A DNA stretch of 64,000 nucleotides from contig NW_013657611.1 of NCBI RefSeq assembly GCF_000142905.1, positions 1 to 64,000 on the forward strand. The letters are read 5' to 3'. This DNA comes from Thecamonas trahens ATCC 50062. Its lineage: Eukaryota; Protista; Apusomonadida. Below the pieces are notes generated by a model. That model ran no database searches and was not told where the DNA came from. It worked only from the letters and a program-made list of their open reading frames with translations. A program made the translations under genes and the position numbers. Position 1 is the stretch's first letter. The number at the start of each line of letters is the position of its first letter. Shown here piece after piece: positions 42,453-54,801 of the stretch.

Positions 42453-45400
42453 TCAATGATAAGTCACAATCTCAAGCACGACCTTGGTCACATCCTCCAT
42501 CTTGGTGGTAAACGCCATGCACGCCTTGTGCTTGTTAAGCCGTGCCGCGACCACATCGCGGTCCGAAAACAGCGCAGACTCGAGGAGCGACTCGACGTCA
42601 GACCGTGCTGCTTCCCGGATGGCCACCACGTATACTTCGCACACCGCCCGCCGCACCTCCCGCCAGTTGCGCGGCTCGGCATCGCACGCCTCCTCCGCCA
42701 GTCGCGCCAGCTGCACCAGCTCCGCGTTGCGGCTCGGCGGGCAAGTCGGAGAGTCGGCGAATGAAAACGCTGCGTCGATCACCTCTTGCGCGTGCTGCAG
42801 CGCCGCCGCCGCGTGCTCCGGCACACCGCCCTCGGCCTCGTCAATCTCAGACCCGTCGTCCGAGTCAGACTCATCGGCAGCCGCCGCCGCCGCCTCGGCA
42901 GACACGAGGTCGATGTACTTGACGCACCGCTGGAGGCTGGTCTTGAGCGACTGCGCCAGAAGCTCGTCGGCGACATCAAACACGTCGTCGTCGTCATCAT
43001 CATCGCCATCCGATCCGCTGCCCGGCCCGGCCCGGCCGGCCTTGGCATCGCCAACCGCAACCAACGCACGCATACACGCAATGACCGCCGGCGCCACAGA
43101 TGCGGCCGTCACGTTGATCTTGAGAAAGTTGTTGTCCTTGGTCTCGGTGAGTGCCTGCAACCGGCGAACAACCTCAGCCCGGGCGTGGTTAAAGGCGACA
43201 ACGACTGCGTTCGATGACGCCGCCGCGCCGGTCGCCTGCTCAAAGTGCTTGCGTGCCTTGCGGACCGAGCCGCCGAGCGAAGTCACCTTTTCCATCAGCG
43301 CGTCGCGGCACGGAATGCCGCAGATTGCCAGCTTCGTGTCCTTGCTCTTAAAGTCTGCGCCCTTGCCACACACCACGCAGTACCCGTTCTTGCCGGCCGA
43401 GACTACCTCCACGCCCATGACCTTGGCCGCCACACCCTCGCCGTCGCCGGTCAAATACTCGACAGCCTTGTTGAGCGCATCGCGATATGCCTTGGCCACC
43501 ACGTTCGACCGCTCGGTCACCACCATCGAGCTTCCCTGCCGCGCCAACCCGCTGTCGCCATTGGCAGTCGAAGCACCCGCCTCGTCGTCGTCGTCGTCGT
43601 CAGGCACAATCACAGCGCCCACGCACTGCAGAAGCGCCGTTCGTGCCAATACGTCGGGCACTAGCGTGTCGAGCGTCGACGGCAAGAGCAGGTTGATGAC
43701 AGTCCCGCGGTCCGACGACACCAGCGGCACGTCCCACGACAGCACCCGGATCGGCGGCGGGAGTGAGAGCATCTGGAACAGCGCCCCATTCTCGGCAGAC
43801 CGCACCTCGACCGTCGAGTAGCCAAAGCCGAGGATGTACGGCGGTGCGTAGAAGACCGCGCCCGGAATGACGTTCCACGACAGCGTAAACTTGCGCGACA
43901 CCGTCCCGTCATAGTCGTACACGTACCCAGTATGGTCCGCCGTGATGAGCGCGTCGCGCTGCGAGAGCGGCGCAACCGCCGCGGCCTCCAGCTTGATCTT
44001 CTTCGACGACGACTCGAACCAGACGCTCGGCTCGGCCGCGCCCGACACCAGCCGCGCCGTTGGGTACCGGAGCGCCTTGGCCCCGGCCACCATCAGCAGC
44101 GCGTCGCGAGAGAGATGCAGCGCCTTGACAGACTTGGGCGCCGAAAACTTGGTTGTCTTGACAAACACGCTCGTGTCAAAGGTGTATAGAACCACAGACT
44201 TGCCCGCTGCAGTCACCAGGTACGTGGCCTCCGTCGCCGGCTTCTCGGCCGTGGCGTACACTTGGGTACCCTTGGTACCGCGGATCTTAACCATCTCCGG
44301 CGTGCCGACCGAGTCGAGGAACAGCATGTACATGGTGCCATTGGACGCAGACTGCCCGAGCAGGATCCGTTCTTCGGCGAGGAACGAGAGCCGGCAGAAT
44401 GCGCGCTTGGAGAGGAGGACCACCGCATCCTTGACCTCCTTGGTCGGCGAGAGGACGTAGAGGCCCTTCTCAGTGGAGAAAAAGTGCTGCAGGCCGGTAG
44501 TGACCCACGCCAGGGCGAGGTGCTTAAAGTTGGAGACCAGCTTCTTGACATCATATGCCTTGACCTTGCTCAGTCGCGACGGCACCATGGCGCGCGGACC
44601 CGAAAAGTTCTCAGCCGCTGACGCCTTGCGCTTGCCATGCTTGCGCCGGAGCGTCAACGTCGCGCTGCCCTTGTCCTTGTCCTTGCCCTTGCCCTTGCCC
44701 TTGTCCTTGCCCTTGCCCTTGCCCTTACCCTTGCCGCTCTCACTCGCACCATCGCCATTGCTCTCGCTGGCGTCAGCCTTGGCCGGCGCAGTTTTGGACG
44801 CCGGGGGAGCGAGGCCCTTGCGGACGCCGGACATGGAGCCGCCAAACGACAGAATGGTGGTGGCGATGTCGTCGTCGGTACGCGGCTGGGTGAGCGATGC
44901 AAACTCCTTCTTGGTATCGACCACGACCGAGAAGATCGAGTCGAGCAGACCGCCGAGCGTCCGCTTCGACTTGTGCACAAAGGTCGGCGACGACGCAATG
45001 GCCGACCGCTGCGCGTTGAGTGCCTTTGTAAGGAGAACGTTGATAAAGTGCGCGTCGGCGTACCAGACTGACGACGGGAGCGGCGGGCCGAACGACGACA
45101 TGCACGACTGGTGGACAACCGAGACTCGGTAGACGCCGCGGGTCTGGGCCGGCTGGACCACAATAAAGACGTGGAGGAATTGCGACTCGATGCAGTTGGG
45201 ATTGAACGGTGTGTTCCCGTCCACAAAGACAAGGCAAACAATGTCATTGCCGATCTGCCGCTTCCGCTGCACCTCCTGCTCGGTCGCGCCGTGCGGAAGG
45301 AGTGTAGAGACATGGAACATGATATCGCAGCCGTGGATGTCGGCAAAGACCGAGTACTTCCCGGTCCCGTCCGCCTGCGCGTCGAGCCCACCGCGAAACC

Positions 45401-48400
45401 CATTCCAGCCCTGCAGCCGGACGTTGGTGCCGAGGAGCGAGAGAAAGTGCAGGAACGGGGCATCGGTCTCTGGCGACGCGTCGTTGGCAAACATGTCAAG
45501 CTCGGACGTCTGCCCATGCTTGACATACAGCAGTCCGATCTTGTACTCGCGCTCGACCTCGGTCTCCTCGATCTTAAGCAGCTCGGTTTGGAGCTGCGGG
45601 TTCGACGAGAGAAACATGCGCTTGCGGAGCTTGGTCAGCTCGGGCGCGCGCGCCTCGATGAGCCTCGTCAGTCCGCGCTTCAAGTTCTTGAGCTTTTTGC
45701 GGAGCGGGACAACCATCCGCTGGATTCCGGTCCTCGTCCACACAATCGCCCGCAGGAGCGGGAGCGATCGGCGGTACGACTCTTGCACCAGCGAGATGAC
45801 TACGGTCCCGAGCTCGGCATCGTCCGACTGGCCGATAAAGTTGGCATGCTCAAGGCCCACAAAGTACGTGCGATACCACTGCTCCACAAGCTTGGGGTTC
45901 TGTAGCGTGGGCGGGACATCAAAGTCCACGGCGACCGAAGACTCGGGCTCCTCGACCGTCCACCCGCGCGCCGGTGCAATGAGCTGATCGGGTGCCGAGC
46001 CGGTGATGTGGTCGTGCCCGAGGCGCGGGCCAACCGGGACCCGCAGGACTTCACGCCCAAGCGCATGCTCGAGCGCCTCGCGCAAGAGCGCCACCCACCG
46101 GTCGCGCGACTCGGTCGAGTCGGCCACAAACCGCAAGTGGACCGACGACGTCGCCACCTCCCACATCTTGTCGGCCCACTTTTTCTTGGCCTTCTTGTCA
46201 GGTACCCCGTCGAGCGACTCGATCTTTTCGATCGATGCCACCTTGATGCTCTCCTCGGCCTCGGCAGTATCCGATGCCTTGCGGTACGTGAGCGTCGAGT
46301 GCGCGAGCCGGAGCCAGCGGTTGTTGTACTTCTTGAACTTTTCTCCGATCGCGCCACCTGGACGTAGCCCGAGAGTGAGATATAGATCGCCCGCGTCGCC
46401 GCCGGCGTCGGGCTCCCTGGTGCGTACTCGGGCTCCGGATGGGTCTGTGCTGTCCGTGGGGTGTGCGACAATGCCGCTGCCGACGCCGACGCCGAGTCGC
46501 CCTGGTCGGCCTGGTCGACCGAGTCGCCCGAGTCAGAGTTGGCTGCACTTGCGACGGCAACGGCAGCGGCGGCGGCAGCAGCGGTGGCGGTGGCGGTGGC
46601 GGCAGTCGCGGCAGTCGTGCTTGTGGCGTTGCTGGTCTGGGACGCTGACAGCGAGGCGGGATCAGCTCCTGAATCCGAGTCCGAGTCTGGCGTCGATGCC
46701 GCCACCGGTGCAGGCACAGGATCCCTGACCGAGCCCGAGTCCGAACTCGAGTTTGAGCCCGACCCCGAGTCGGACCCCGAGCCCGACCCCGAGTCGGACC
46801 CCGAGCCGGACCCCGAGTCGGACGATGAGTTGGCAAAGTCAGGGATGGAGACCGACGACGACTTGCGCTCCATAGGCGGGACGACGCGGGGCGGCACGGC
46901 CGACTTGGGCTTGACTGGGTGCGGGGCGCTTGCATCATCACTGTCCGATTCCGTAGAGGCAAGAAGGGCGTCGATGTTGTGCGAGGCTGATGGCTGGCCC
47001 GAGACCTCGACGAGCAGCGTCTCGACGTCGATGTCAAAGGCCGACGACTTTTTCGGAGCCGGCTTGGCCGGTGCAGGCTTGGACGCCTCCATGGACGTGA
47101 GAAGGTCGCCCCACTCGTCGTGGACGCTTGAATCCTTCCGTGATGCAGAGTCAGTCTTGGTTTTGGGAGCAGGCTCAGGATTCGGCACACGGGTGAGCTC
47201 GGCAACGAGGTCGTCCACCGCCGAGGCTGAGGACGCCGGCGCAGGTGCAGCCGCGGGTTCTGGTGCGCCCGCGGGCGCGGCGTCTTTCTCGGCCACAGCC
47301 TTGTCGGCGATGGCCTGCGCGTCGGCAAGAGCCTTTTCGCGGGCGGCGGCGCGCGCAGCCTTGCGAGCAGCCTTCTGCGCAGCAGCATCGTCGGCGGGCG
47401 AGGCCGCGTCAGGGGCTGCCGGCGGCGGCGCGGTGCTAGGTGGCGGCGGCGCGGTGGCGGGTGGCGGCGGCGCGGTGGCGGGTGGCGGCGGCCGTGCCGG
47501 CGGGCCATGCGGGCGGACGGCGTCAGCGAGCTCGGCCAGCTGGCTGCGCACGGCGTGAGCAGCCTCGTCGCTCTCGACGTCGTTGAGGAACGAGCGGCCG
47601 AGTCGGAGCAGGGCGCCGAGCGACTTTTGCACCGCCTTGGACACGTCTTTGAGCTCTTCAAGCAGCGGCATGACCTCCTTCTTGGTCACCGAACCGAGCG
47701 CGACCAGCGACTCGCGCACAGTCTGGGCCCGCTCGCCGGCCGGCGCGGCGAGCGCGGCAAGCAGTGCGTCGTGCTTAGCGGTAAAGTCGGTCATGACAGA
47801 CAAAGAAATCGGCTTGTCAGGCTCGGCAGGTGCCTCTGCCACAGGCGCAGGCGCCGCCACCGCCGGACTGGCCGCCACACCTGCTGGAGAAGACTTGGCG
47901 GCAGGCGGCGCCGCAGCCGGCGGCGGCGGACGAGACGAAGGGATGCGGTTGCCGCCGGCGAGCATGCGAGTCTGCTCCACAAGCGAGATCTCGCTCGCAG
48001 AGCGGTTGTCGACGTCGCCCGAGGCCGAGACCAGGATCTCGATGGCTGCGTCCATGTTGGTGTCGCCGGCGTCGCGCAGCTCGGTGGCACGGTCGAGCGG
48101 AGAAGTACCCTCAACGTTGCAGAGCTGTAGGTCGGCGCCAGCATCGCGAAGAACGCGCAGTGCGTCCACGTGGCCGGCCTCAAGCGCCAGAAACGCCGGC
48201 GACTTGCGCTCCGACACAGTACGCAGGTTGAGGTCGGCGGCGGAGCCAATGAGCGCCACTACCACGTCAACGAAACCTTTAGCCGCCGCCCGGTGCAGCG
48301 CGCTCTCTCCAAACTGAGTTACCGCATTAACTCGCGCACCCGCCTCGATCAGCCGCCTCACCATCCCCGCCTGCCCACTCGCAGCCGCCTTGATCAGCGG

Positions 48401-49010
48401 GCTCCATCCGAGCTCATCGGCGGAGTTGACCTTGGCACCTGCCGCGAGCAGAGCGTCAGCAACCGCGACATCGCCAGCCGCCGCCGCCATGAACAACGGA
48501 CTCCATCCATTGTCATCCACAGCATGGACTGTATCAGGCGCAGCAGCAAGAAGAAGTACCACAAAGTCAACTGAGGGCAAGCCAGCCGCCACATGAAGCG
48601 GTGTGGCCCCTGCTGTGTTGGTCGCGTCAGCAGCTGCTCCTCCTTCCAGCACAGCCTCTAGCACATCATCATGTCCAGACTCGACAGCAAGGTGGGCGAG
48701 GTACTTGCCTGAGGCGAGGACCGAGGGAAGGACGGACGGTGGGAGGGGAAGGGGTTCGGTGTGAGTGTGGACGTGGCCGTGTTCAGAAAAAGGTCGTTCA
48801 TTTGGGCGGGAGGAGGTAAGGGGGGTGGGGGGGGAGGGAGGTACCGACGACGTCAACGTCTGTGGGTATGGGGAAGGACAGAAGCGGGGGAAGGAAGAAG
48901 AACATACCAGAGTATGCCTTCTTAGCAAGGCGTGGCTTTGTGGAAAGTAGGTCATTGATGACCGAGACGTCACCAGAGCTCACAGCGGCAAGAAGCCGTC
49001 CGCTGGCCAT
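42453..49010 (-). CDS. Multidomain Rap GAP (ankyrin repeats, helical bundle, PH, RapGAP, CNH, zf-HIT-like; GARNL3-like); intron 48709-48907; frame break ~46340
   Basis: G|GTATGT...CTCAG intron restores AYSGKYLAHLAV; ankyrin TPLHVAA/SPLFMAA; PH SGYVQV..KKYNNRWLRL..RDRWV; YKIGLLYVK, FRGGLD, IMFHVSTLLP, RKRQIGNDIV; CNH-like PPYILGF..VEVRS; CVVC..IC..PC. Confidence 0.88.
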
Positions 49011-50027
49011 GTCTCCTGCTAGTCGACTCGGGGCAGTCAGTCAGTCTCTCTCGGTCGGTCTCTCTCAATCTCTCTGCTGTCTGCGCGCGCTCTTTCACCT
49101 CTTTTTCCCTCTTTTGGCTGGAAAGTGGAGTGCTATGCTGTGTTTGTCAAAAACTGAAAAGAGCCATTCATTCGACAGTGGAAGCACAATTTCGAGTGTC
49201 ATTTGGAGGACGGCGAGGCTGGTAGGGAAGGAAGGGAGGGGGAGGCAAGGTATCAGCATGCAATCGAGTCGATGTCGTGGTGTAGCAAGGTGGATGCCAT
49301 GTCTATCGGGATGAATGTGCGTTGAGCATGGTGCTGCGAGAGAGGAAAGCAAAGATGGTGACATAGGAAACATAACCCTACATTTTAGCTTGCTTTGATC
49401 ATGCGATCTCATCTCTCCGACAGTTCCCCCTTGCTTGCACCCGTTCTTCAACCGTCCTTAACCGCGCTTTACTACCAGGAGCTCTTATTGACGTCCAACT
49501 GCATATGCCGATCTCAGTGTTACTGCTGCCCACATGCGCTCAATCGAGCTCCACAACCTTCTCTCAGCCTCCGCCACCAAGATCAATCACAGTCCCCGTC
49601 GATCCCCTCCCCTCCCTCCCCCATTTCCCTCTCCTTATCTTTCCTCTGACCAACACTCAAAATCGTATCCGCAGGTAGCTCACGTGCTCTGTCCACAGTC
49701 ACCATCATCGACTCTCTCTCTGCCGAAATCGGGGCACCAACATCCCGATCGAGCTAATACTCAGCCGGCGAGGTTGACCGCGATCAGGCTCATGATCACG
49801 ATCACAACCAATGCGACCCAAGTCGCCCAACCGACGGGCACCACCACCACCCACCACGACGACGACCATGAGCGCCCTTTGCTCGAGCCACACTCCTCTC
49901 AGTTTGGGTACGAGAAGGAGTCCACCTCCCCTTTGCCTCTCCCCTCTTCCCTCCCCCAAGCTCTCCCCCTACCCCCCCTACCCCCCCCCCCCTCCCCCAG
50001 CTCCCCCAGCTCCCCCCTCTTCCCACC

Positions 50028-51575
50028 ATGTCGTCGTCCCACGGCGCACCACCGGCCGCATCTCACCCGCGGGCACCGACGCACGGACACGGGCAACCGC
50101 CACCATCAAATGGAACGAACGGAACGAACGAAACCAATGGAACGAACTCGTCGAACGTTGCTGGTGATCATCATCGGCGTGATCGCCACCACGATGGGTA
50201 TGGGAGGAACAGCAGAGGTCGGACGAGGTCGAGGTCGCGGTCGAGAGAGCGGTCGCCATGGAAGCAGCAAGGACAGAGACAGGGTGAGCGAAACCGGAAT
50301 CATGGCTATGACCGGCGGTCCGGTGATCGTGGGCATTCGCGAGACAACCGCGGATACGGCGACCGAGGGTATGGCGACCGAGGGTACGGCGACCGTGGGT
50401 ACGGCAACCGCGATCGCGGGTACGGAGATCGCGGGTACGGCGATCGTGGGTACGGCGATCGTGGATACGGCGATCGTGGATACGGCGATCGTGGATACGA
50501 TCGGCGCGGGTACGACCGGCGCGAGCCGCAGCGGGGCTCGCGGTCGCGGAGAAGCCGGCACTCGCGTGGCTCGGCATCGCGGGCAGACGACCACGGCCCG
50601 CCGCGGGCCAAGGGAGAGGATCCTGCGACGGCAGCGGAGCGCGATGCGCGAACGCTGTTTGTGTACAACCTGGCGCGCGAGACGACCGAGGTTCACCTGG
50701 CCGACTTTTTTGCACGCGTTGGCGAGGTTGTCGCTGCCACGCTAGTTCTTGACCGCGCCACGGGCAGGACCAAGGGCGTGGCGTATGTGGAGATGGCGTC
50801 GCTGGAGGCGATGCGGGCCGCGTTTTCGCTCAGCAACGTCCCGCTCAACGGGCGGCCGATGATGATGCGGCCGTCACTGGCCGGCGGCAACCAGGGCCCA
50901 CCACCGGTCCTTCCAGTAGGCCGTGGCCCGCATGTGCGAGGCCCGCCGCCTGGGCACGTCCCACCGCCTGGGCACGTCCCGCCGCCTGGGCACGTCCCGC
51001 CGCCTGGTCGCGGCCCGCCGCCTGGTCGCGGCCCGCCGCCTGGTCGCGGCCCGCCGCCGACTGCGCCCATCATTCCGGTGAGCGAGGCTGTGGTTGACAG
51101 CCTCGACGGCGAGCCGCGCGGATTGATCCGTGGGGCAGCGTCGCGCAAGGCGCTTATCTCGGCCCTGGCCTCGTCGCGCGGCATTGCGCTCGACGAGCTG
51201 TCGTCGAGCTCGGCGTCGGCGCCTGCGCCAGCAGCGGTGGTCACCGCGACTGCTGCCGCACCCCCTGTTGGTGCCACCAAGGTCGCGGCGTCGGACTGCA
51301 TCCGGCTTGCCAACATGTTTGAGCCACAGACAACCGCAGACCCCGAGTTTGAGGCCGAGCTCCGCGATGACGTTGTCGACGAGCTCTCGCAGCATGCAAC
51401 CGTCAAGCACTCGTTTGTCGACCTCGCCGCGGGATACATCTACGCCAAGCTCAGCTCTGTGGCCGAGGCCGAGGCTGCACTCGCCCGTGTCGACGGTCGC
51501 AAGTTTGACGGCCGCCTTGTCGCCGCCCACTTTATCGACCGCGTCGTGTACGACACAAAGTTTGGCCTTGCCTAG
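50028..51575 (+). CDS. RBM39: RBM39/CAPER-like splicing factor (RS-like region, RRM, UHM)
   Basis: ERDARTLFV, DRATGRTKGVAYVE, CIRLANMFEP..ELRDDVVDEL, GRKFDGRLVAAHF. Confidence 0.8.
   Translation: MSSSHGAPPAASHPRAPTHGHGQPPPSNGTNGTNETNGTNSSNVAGDHHRRDRHHDGYGRNSRGRTRSRSRSRERSPWKQQGQRQGERNRNHGYDRRSGDRGHSRDNRGYGDRGYGDRGYGDRGYGNRDRGYGDRGYGDRGYGDRGYGDRGYGDRGYDRRGYDRREPQRGSRSRRSRHSRGSASRADDHGPPRAKGEDPATAAERDARTLFVYNLARETTEVHLADFFARVGEVVAATLVLDRATGRTKGVAYVEMASLEAMRAAFSLSNVPLNGRPMMMRPSLAGGNQGPPPVLPVGRGPHVRGPPPGHVPPPGHVPPPGHVPPPGRGPPPGRGPPPGRGPPPTAPIIPVSEAVVDSLDGEPRGLIRGAASRKALISALASSRGIALDELSSSSASAPAPAAVVTATAAAPPVGATKVAASDCIRLANMFEPQTTADPEFEAELRDDVVDELSQHATVKHSFVDLAAGYIYAKLSSVAEAEAALARVDGRKFDGRLVAAHFIDRVVYDTKFGLA
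50350..50520 (+). repeat. 15-nt coding repeat (GYGDR) x~10
   Basis: Directly visible; variation mostly at synonymous positions. Confidence 0.9.
50938..51058 (+). repeat. 21-nt coding repeat (PPPGHV/PPPGRG-type) x~6
   Basis: Directly visible. Confidence 0.85.
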
Positions 51576-51584
51576 CCGCGGCGC

Positions 51585-52487
51585 CTAGCTGACCTTGGCC
51601 TTGCCGCCGCTCTCACCTCGTAGAGCCTTGATCAGCCCACGGGTAATCGGAACTGTCCACACTGCCGAAAGCACAAGCAGCAGCGCCATCGAGAGGAAGC
51701 CGAACCAGGCCTGGACCGCGGGCACGCCGTCGAGCTCGGGCGTGCCGCTTATGATGTCGACCGCAACACCGTAGCTGAGCACGGAGAACAGGACCAGGCG
51801 GAGCGCAATTTGCGTCACCCACAGCAAGATGCCGGTAAACGTGAGGAAGAGCCCAGAGTTGACACCCAGCTCCTTGCACAGCAGCACAATGTTGAGAAAG
51901 TACGCGTTGATCTCGCAGAGGCCCGCCGCGAGGCAGAGTGGATGAGCCTTCCCCGACGCCAGCGCCATGCCGTACGACGCGATGGAGATGAGGTGATGCA
52001 CGGCCAGCTGGAGCTTGGCAGTTTGAGGCAAATCCTTCATCGCTACCACACCTGCATGCACAATCGTCGAGCTGAGGTAGAGGATCAAGTACGCGTCCGA
52101 TGCGTGCGAGCGAGCGTGCCATCTGGCCTTGACCGCCTCCTCCCAGCTGCTCCTCTCCCACCCGAGGCCGATGACACACTGGATGACCAGCATCGGGATG
52201 AACACCATGTGATACAACAGATCTGCCAGCATCCACTCGTTGCCATCCTTTCGTTTGGCTTGAGAATGCCTATCGCCGCCGCCGCCGCCTCTCCCATCAC
52301 CGTGCCCGTCACCGTGCCCATCATCGTCTCCCCGCCACGCTGCACGCACCCGCTTGGCCGCCACCCAGCTCACACCATACCCCGCCGCACACGCACCGAC
52401 CGTCCGCCACACCCTTCCCACAGGAAATTGCTCGTAGTCAAAGTGCTCCATCCCCATCACCGCACTCACATCTGCAAGCACACCCAT
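51585..52487 (-). CDS. TLC (TRAM/LAG1/CLN8) domain membrane protein
   Basis: LAVHHLISI, GLCEINAYFLN, downstream ...ALRLVLF and SAVW motifs; multiple TM helices. Confidence 0.8.
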   Translation of the reverse strand: MGVLADVSAVMGMEHFDYEQFPVGRVWRTVGACAAGYGVSWVAAKRVRAAWRGDDDGHGDGHGDGRGGGGGDRHSQAKRKDGNEWMLADLLYHMVFIPMLVIQCVIGLGWERSSWEEAVKARWHARSHASDAYLILYLSSTIVHAGVVAMKDLPQTAKLQLAVHHLISIASYGMALASGKAHPLCLAAGLCEINAYFLNIVLLCKELGVNSGLFLTFTGILLWVTQIALRLVLFSVLSYGVAVDIISGTPELDGVPAVQAWFGFLSMALLLVLSAVWTVPITRGLIKALRGESGGKAKVS

Positions 52488-52780
52488 CGCTCACCACGGC
52501 GTGACTCGTGCGAGTCGAGTCGAGTCGAGTGCTTTGTTTGTCACCGCCGCTTGCTGCCGCCCGCCGCCGCCCCTCGCCGCCGCCCGCAAGCCGCCGTCCC
52601 GATGGCAGCGGCACGATCTTTGTTTTTCTCGTTTCTACGAATAGACATGACGAGATGCAATGCGATGATCAAGGGCACGTCTGCTAGGGATCCTCTGCTG
52701 CAGTCCTGGCTCTAAAGGGGGAGGAGGCACTGGCCGACAGACCATCCCTCACAGCCACGGCCTTGGCTTGCATTTGTTGA

Positions 52781-54219
52781 TTACCATCCAAAGATGTCTT
52801 GCTTGGTCGACTTCTTCTTCTTCTTCTTCTTCTTCGTCGACGTTTCCTGGCTCGACCCGATGTCACTCGAGCCGGACTCGTCGCCGTCGGACTCGACGTC
52901 GTATCGGGTTGTCGACTCGTCCATCGACTCGTCCGAGTCGTACTCATCCGAAGACGAGGTGCGGCGCCAAAACGCCCGCTTCTTTTTCTTTTCCTCGTCT
53001 TCCTGGCCTTGTTCGAGCCGCTACCGCGACGGCGACTGCTGCCATGACGGTGCTGCGACGCCACCGAGCTAAAGACGTTGATCCGTTGGCCGGCCTCGAA
53101 TGCGTTCAGTTCCTCGACCTTGGACTCGTCCACAACCTCGGTCTCACGCTCGGCGATGAGGACGGTCTGCAGGTCGCGGGCCGAGAGCTGAGTGAGAAGC
53201 ATAAAGCCGTACCACAGGTTGTGGGTCATAATGACCCGGTAAGCAAAGAACGAGCGGAAAGTCTCAAGCGAGTTCCACTCGATGTTGTCGAGCCGGCCGT
53301 CGGCGCCGGCAAAGACCACGCGGAGGACGCCGATGAGCCGCTCGTGCGGGACGTTGACGATCGACGCCACGTTGTTGAGGAAACCGGCGTACGCCAGAAT
53401 CTGCGAGAACGACCAGTCGATGACCTCGCGCTCGACGGTAAACTGCAACTGCGAGAGCTTGACAAACAGCGCCGCAAGCGCAATGATAAACAGGATCGCC
53501 TGCAGAAAGCCAAAGAGCATGAAGAGCACCGTCGCCTCCACCGTTGAGAGCTCTGTCCATCGCCGCCGCCGCACCAGCGGGTTTGGCTCACCACGCCGCA
53601 GCTTCTTGGCCACGTACCGAGAGACAGCCCGTGCCTGCCGCGGCAGATCCTTGAGCTTTTGCAACGACGGCATAAACTGCAGCAGCGACATCGAGGCAAT
53701 AAGCGACGTCGTCGTCACCAGGTTCTTGGCGGCAGACCCTGCGCGATCCTTAAAGTCCGCCTTCTCCTGCACAACCTTGCCGGCCACCACCTCGACGCCG
53801 CCCAGCGCCTCAAACCGCGCGTCTTCCGACTCGCTCTCCGCCGCCTGGTCCGCAACCTTGAACAGCGAGTACACCAGATCGACGACAAGAACAATAAACG
53901 CCACAAACAGCGCACTCATGATCCCCAGCTCGGCGTACACAGAAATCGTCCGTGAGAGCGAGACAGAGCTCGACTGCGCCCCAGACTCAGTGCCCTTGTT
54001 CCGGAACACCTGGTCGTAAAAGTTGGAGATAACCGCCGAGACGTTGAGCAAGAACCGGATAGCAAGCAGAATGAGCGAGATCCACTTGGACGCCGACATC
54101 TTGAGCCTTCGGATCTCCACCGCCTGCGTTGCAACATCGTTGATTGCGATGCGCGACAAATGCTCCCGCATCTCCTGCCGCGACAGGTCACTGCCAACCC
54201 GACGCCCAATTGCCGCCAT
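52781..54219 (-). CDS. Hypothetical multi-pass membrane protein (probable frame break ~52990; the unshifted frame stops at 52684)
   Basis: About 5-6 TM segments; the -1 frame gives a codon-typical acidic/poly-Lys tail ending QDIFGW-TAA. Confidence 0.65.
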
Positions 54220-54801
54220 CCCCGATGTGGCCGGTGTGTCAGAAAATATTTGCCCGCCTCCACCCCCCACCCTCCACCCCTCCCGTCTCGCCGTTCTCAA
54301 CCTGTTCCGCCGCACACCCGCCAACTGACGGCGCCTCACCAAGCCCCTTCCCCTCTTCCTCGTCTCGCACGTTCAACCTTTACACAACATACGAATCCGA
54401 CGGCTCATATGACTCGTACGACTCTGTGGTCGTCCTCGTCGTGGTCCCTGTCGCACTCGCTGGCTGAGTCGACTCGGAGTGGGTGGACATGACGGCAGTC
54501 GAGCGAGAGGTGGTTGAGCCTCCCCCGCCAGGTCAAGCAGCCAGAACGGGACCGCGATACTGCTTTGATGTGCCTGCACCAAGGATGCTTGTGTCAAAAA
54601 CACTCTTACATGCACACGTTTATCTACAGCGTGTGCCCATCGCACGTAGTCTCCATACCCACGAGGTGTGACTAGCAGTTCCTTTTTTCCTCGCCGAAAC
54701 ATAAAAAACCCCTCACCAACTCACTCTGTGTGCCGAGGCTCGTCATCACGGCTATTCAGCTCCCTTCAATCCTACCTCGGAAGATCATCCATAAGCAGGA
54801 G

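Noticed and set aside
49010-50027. Possible tRNA/ncRNA in long intergenic regions (also 17850-18600 and 54340-54800)
   Set aside because: No cloverleaf, box motifs or snRNA signature seen by eye; would need an Infernal search
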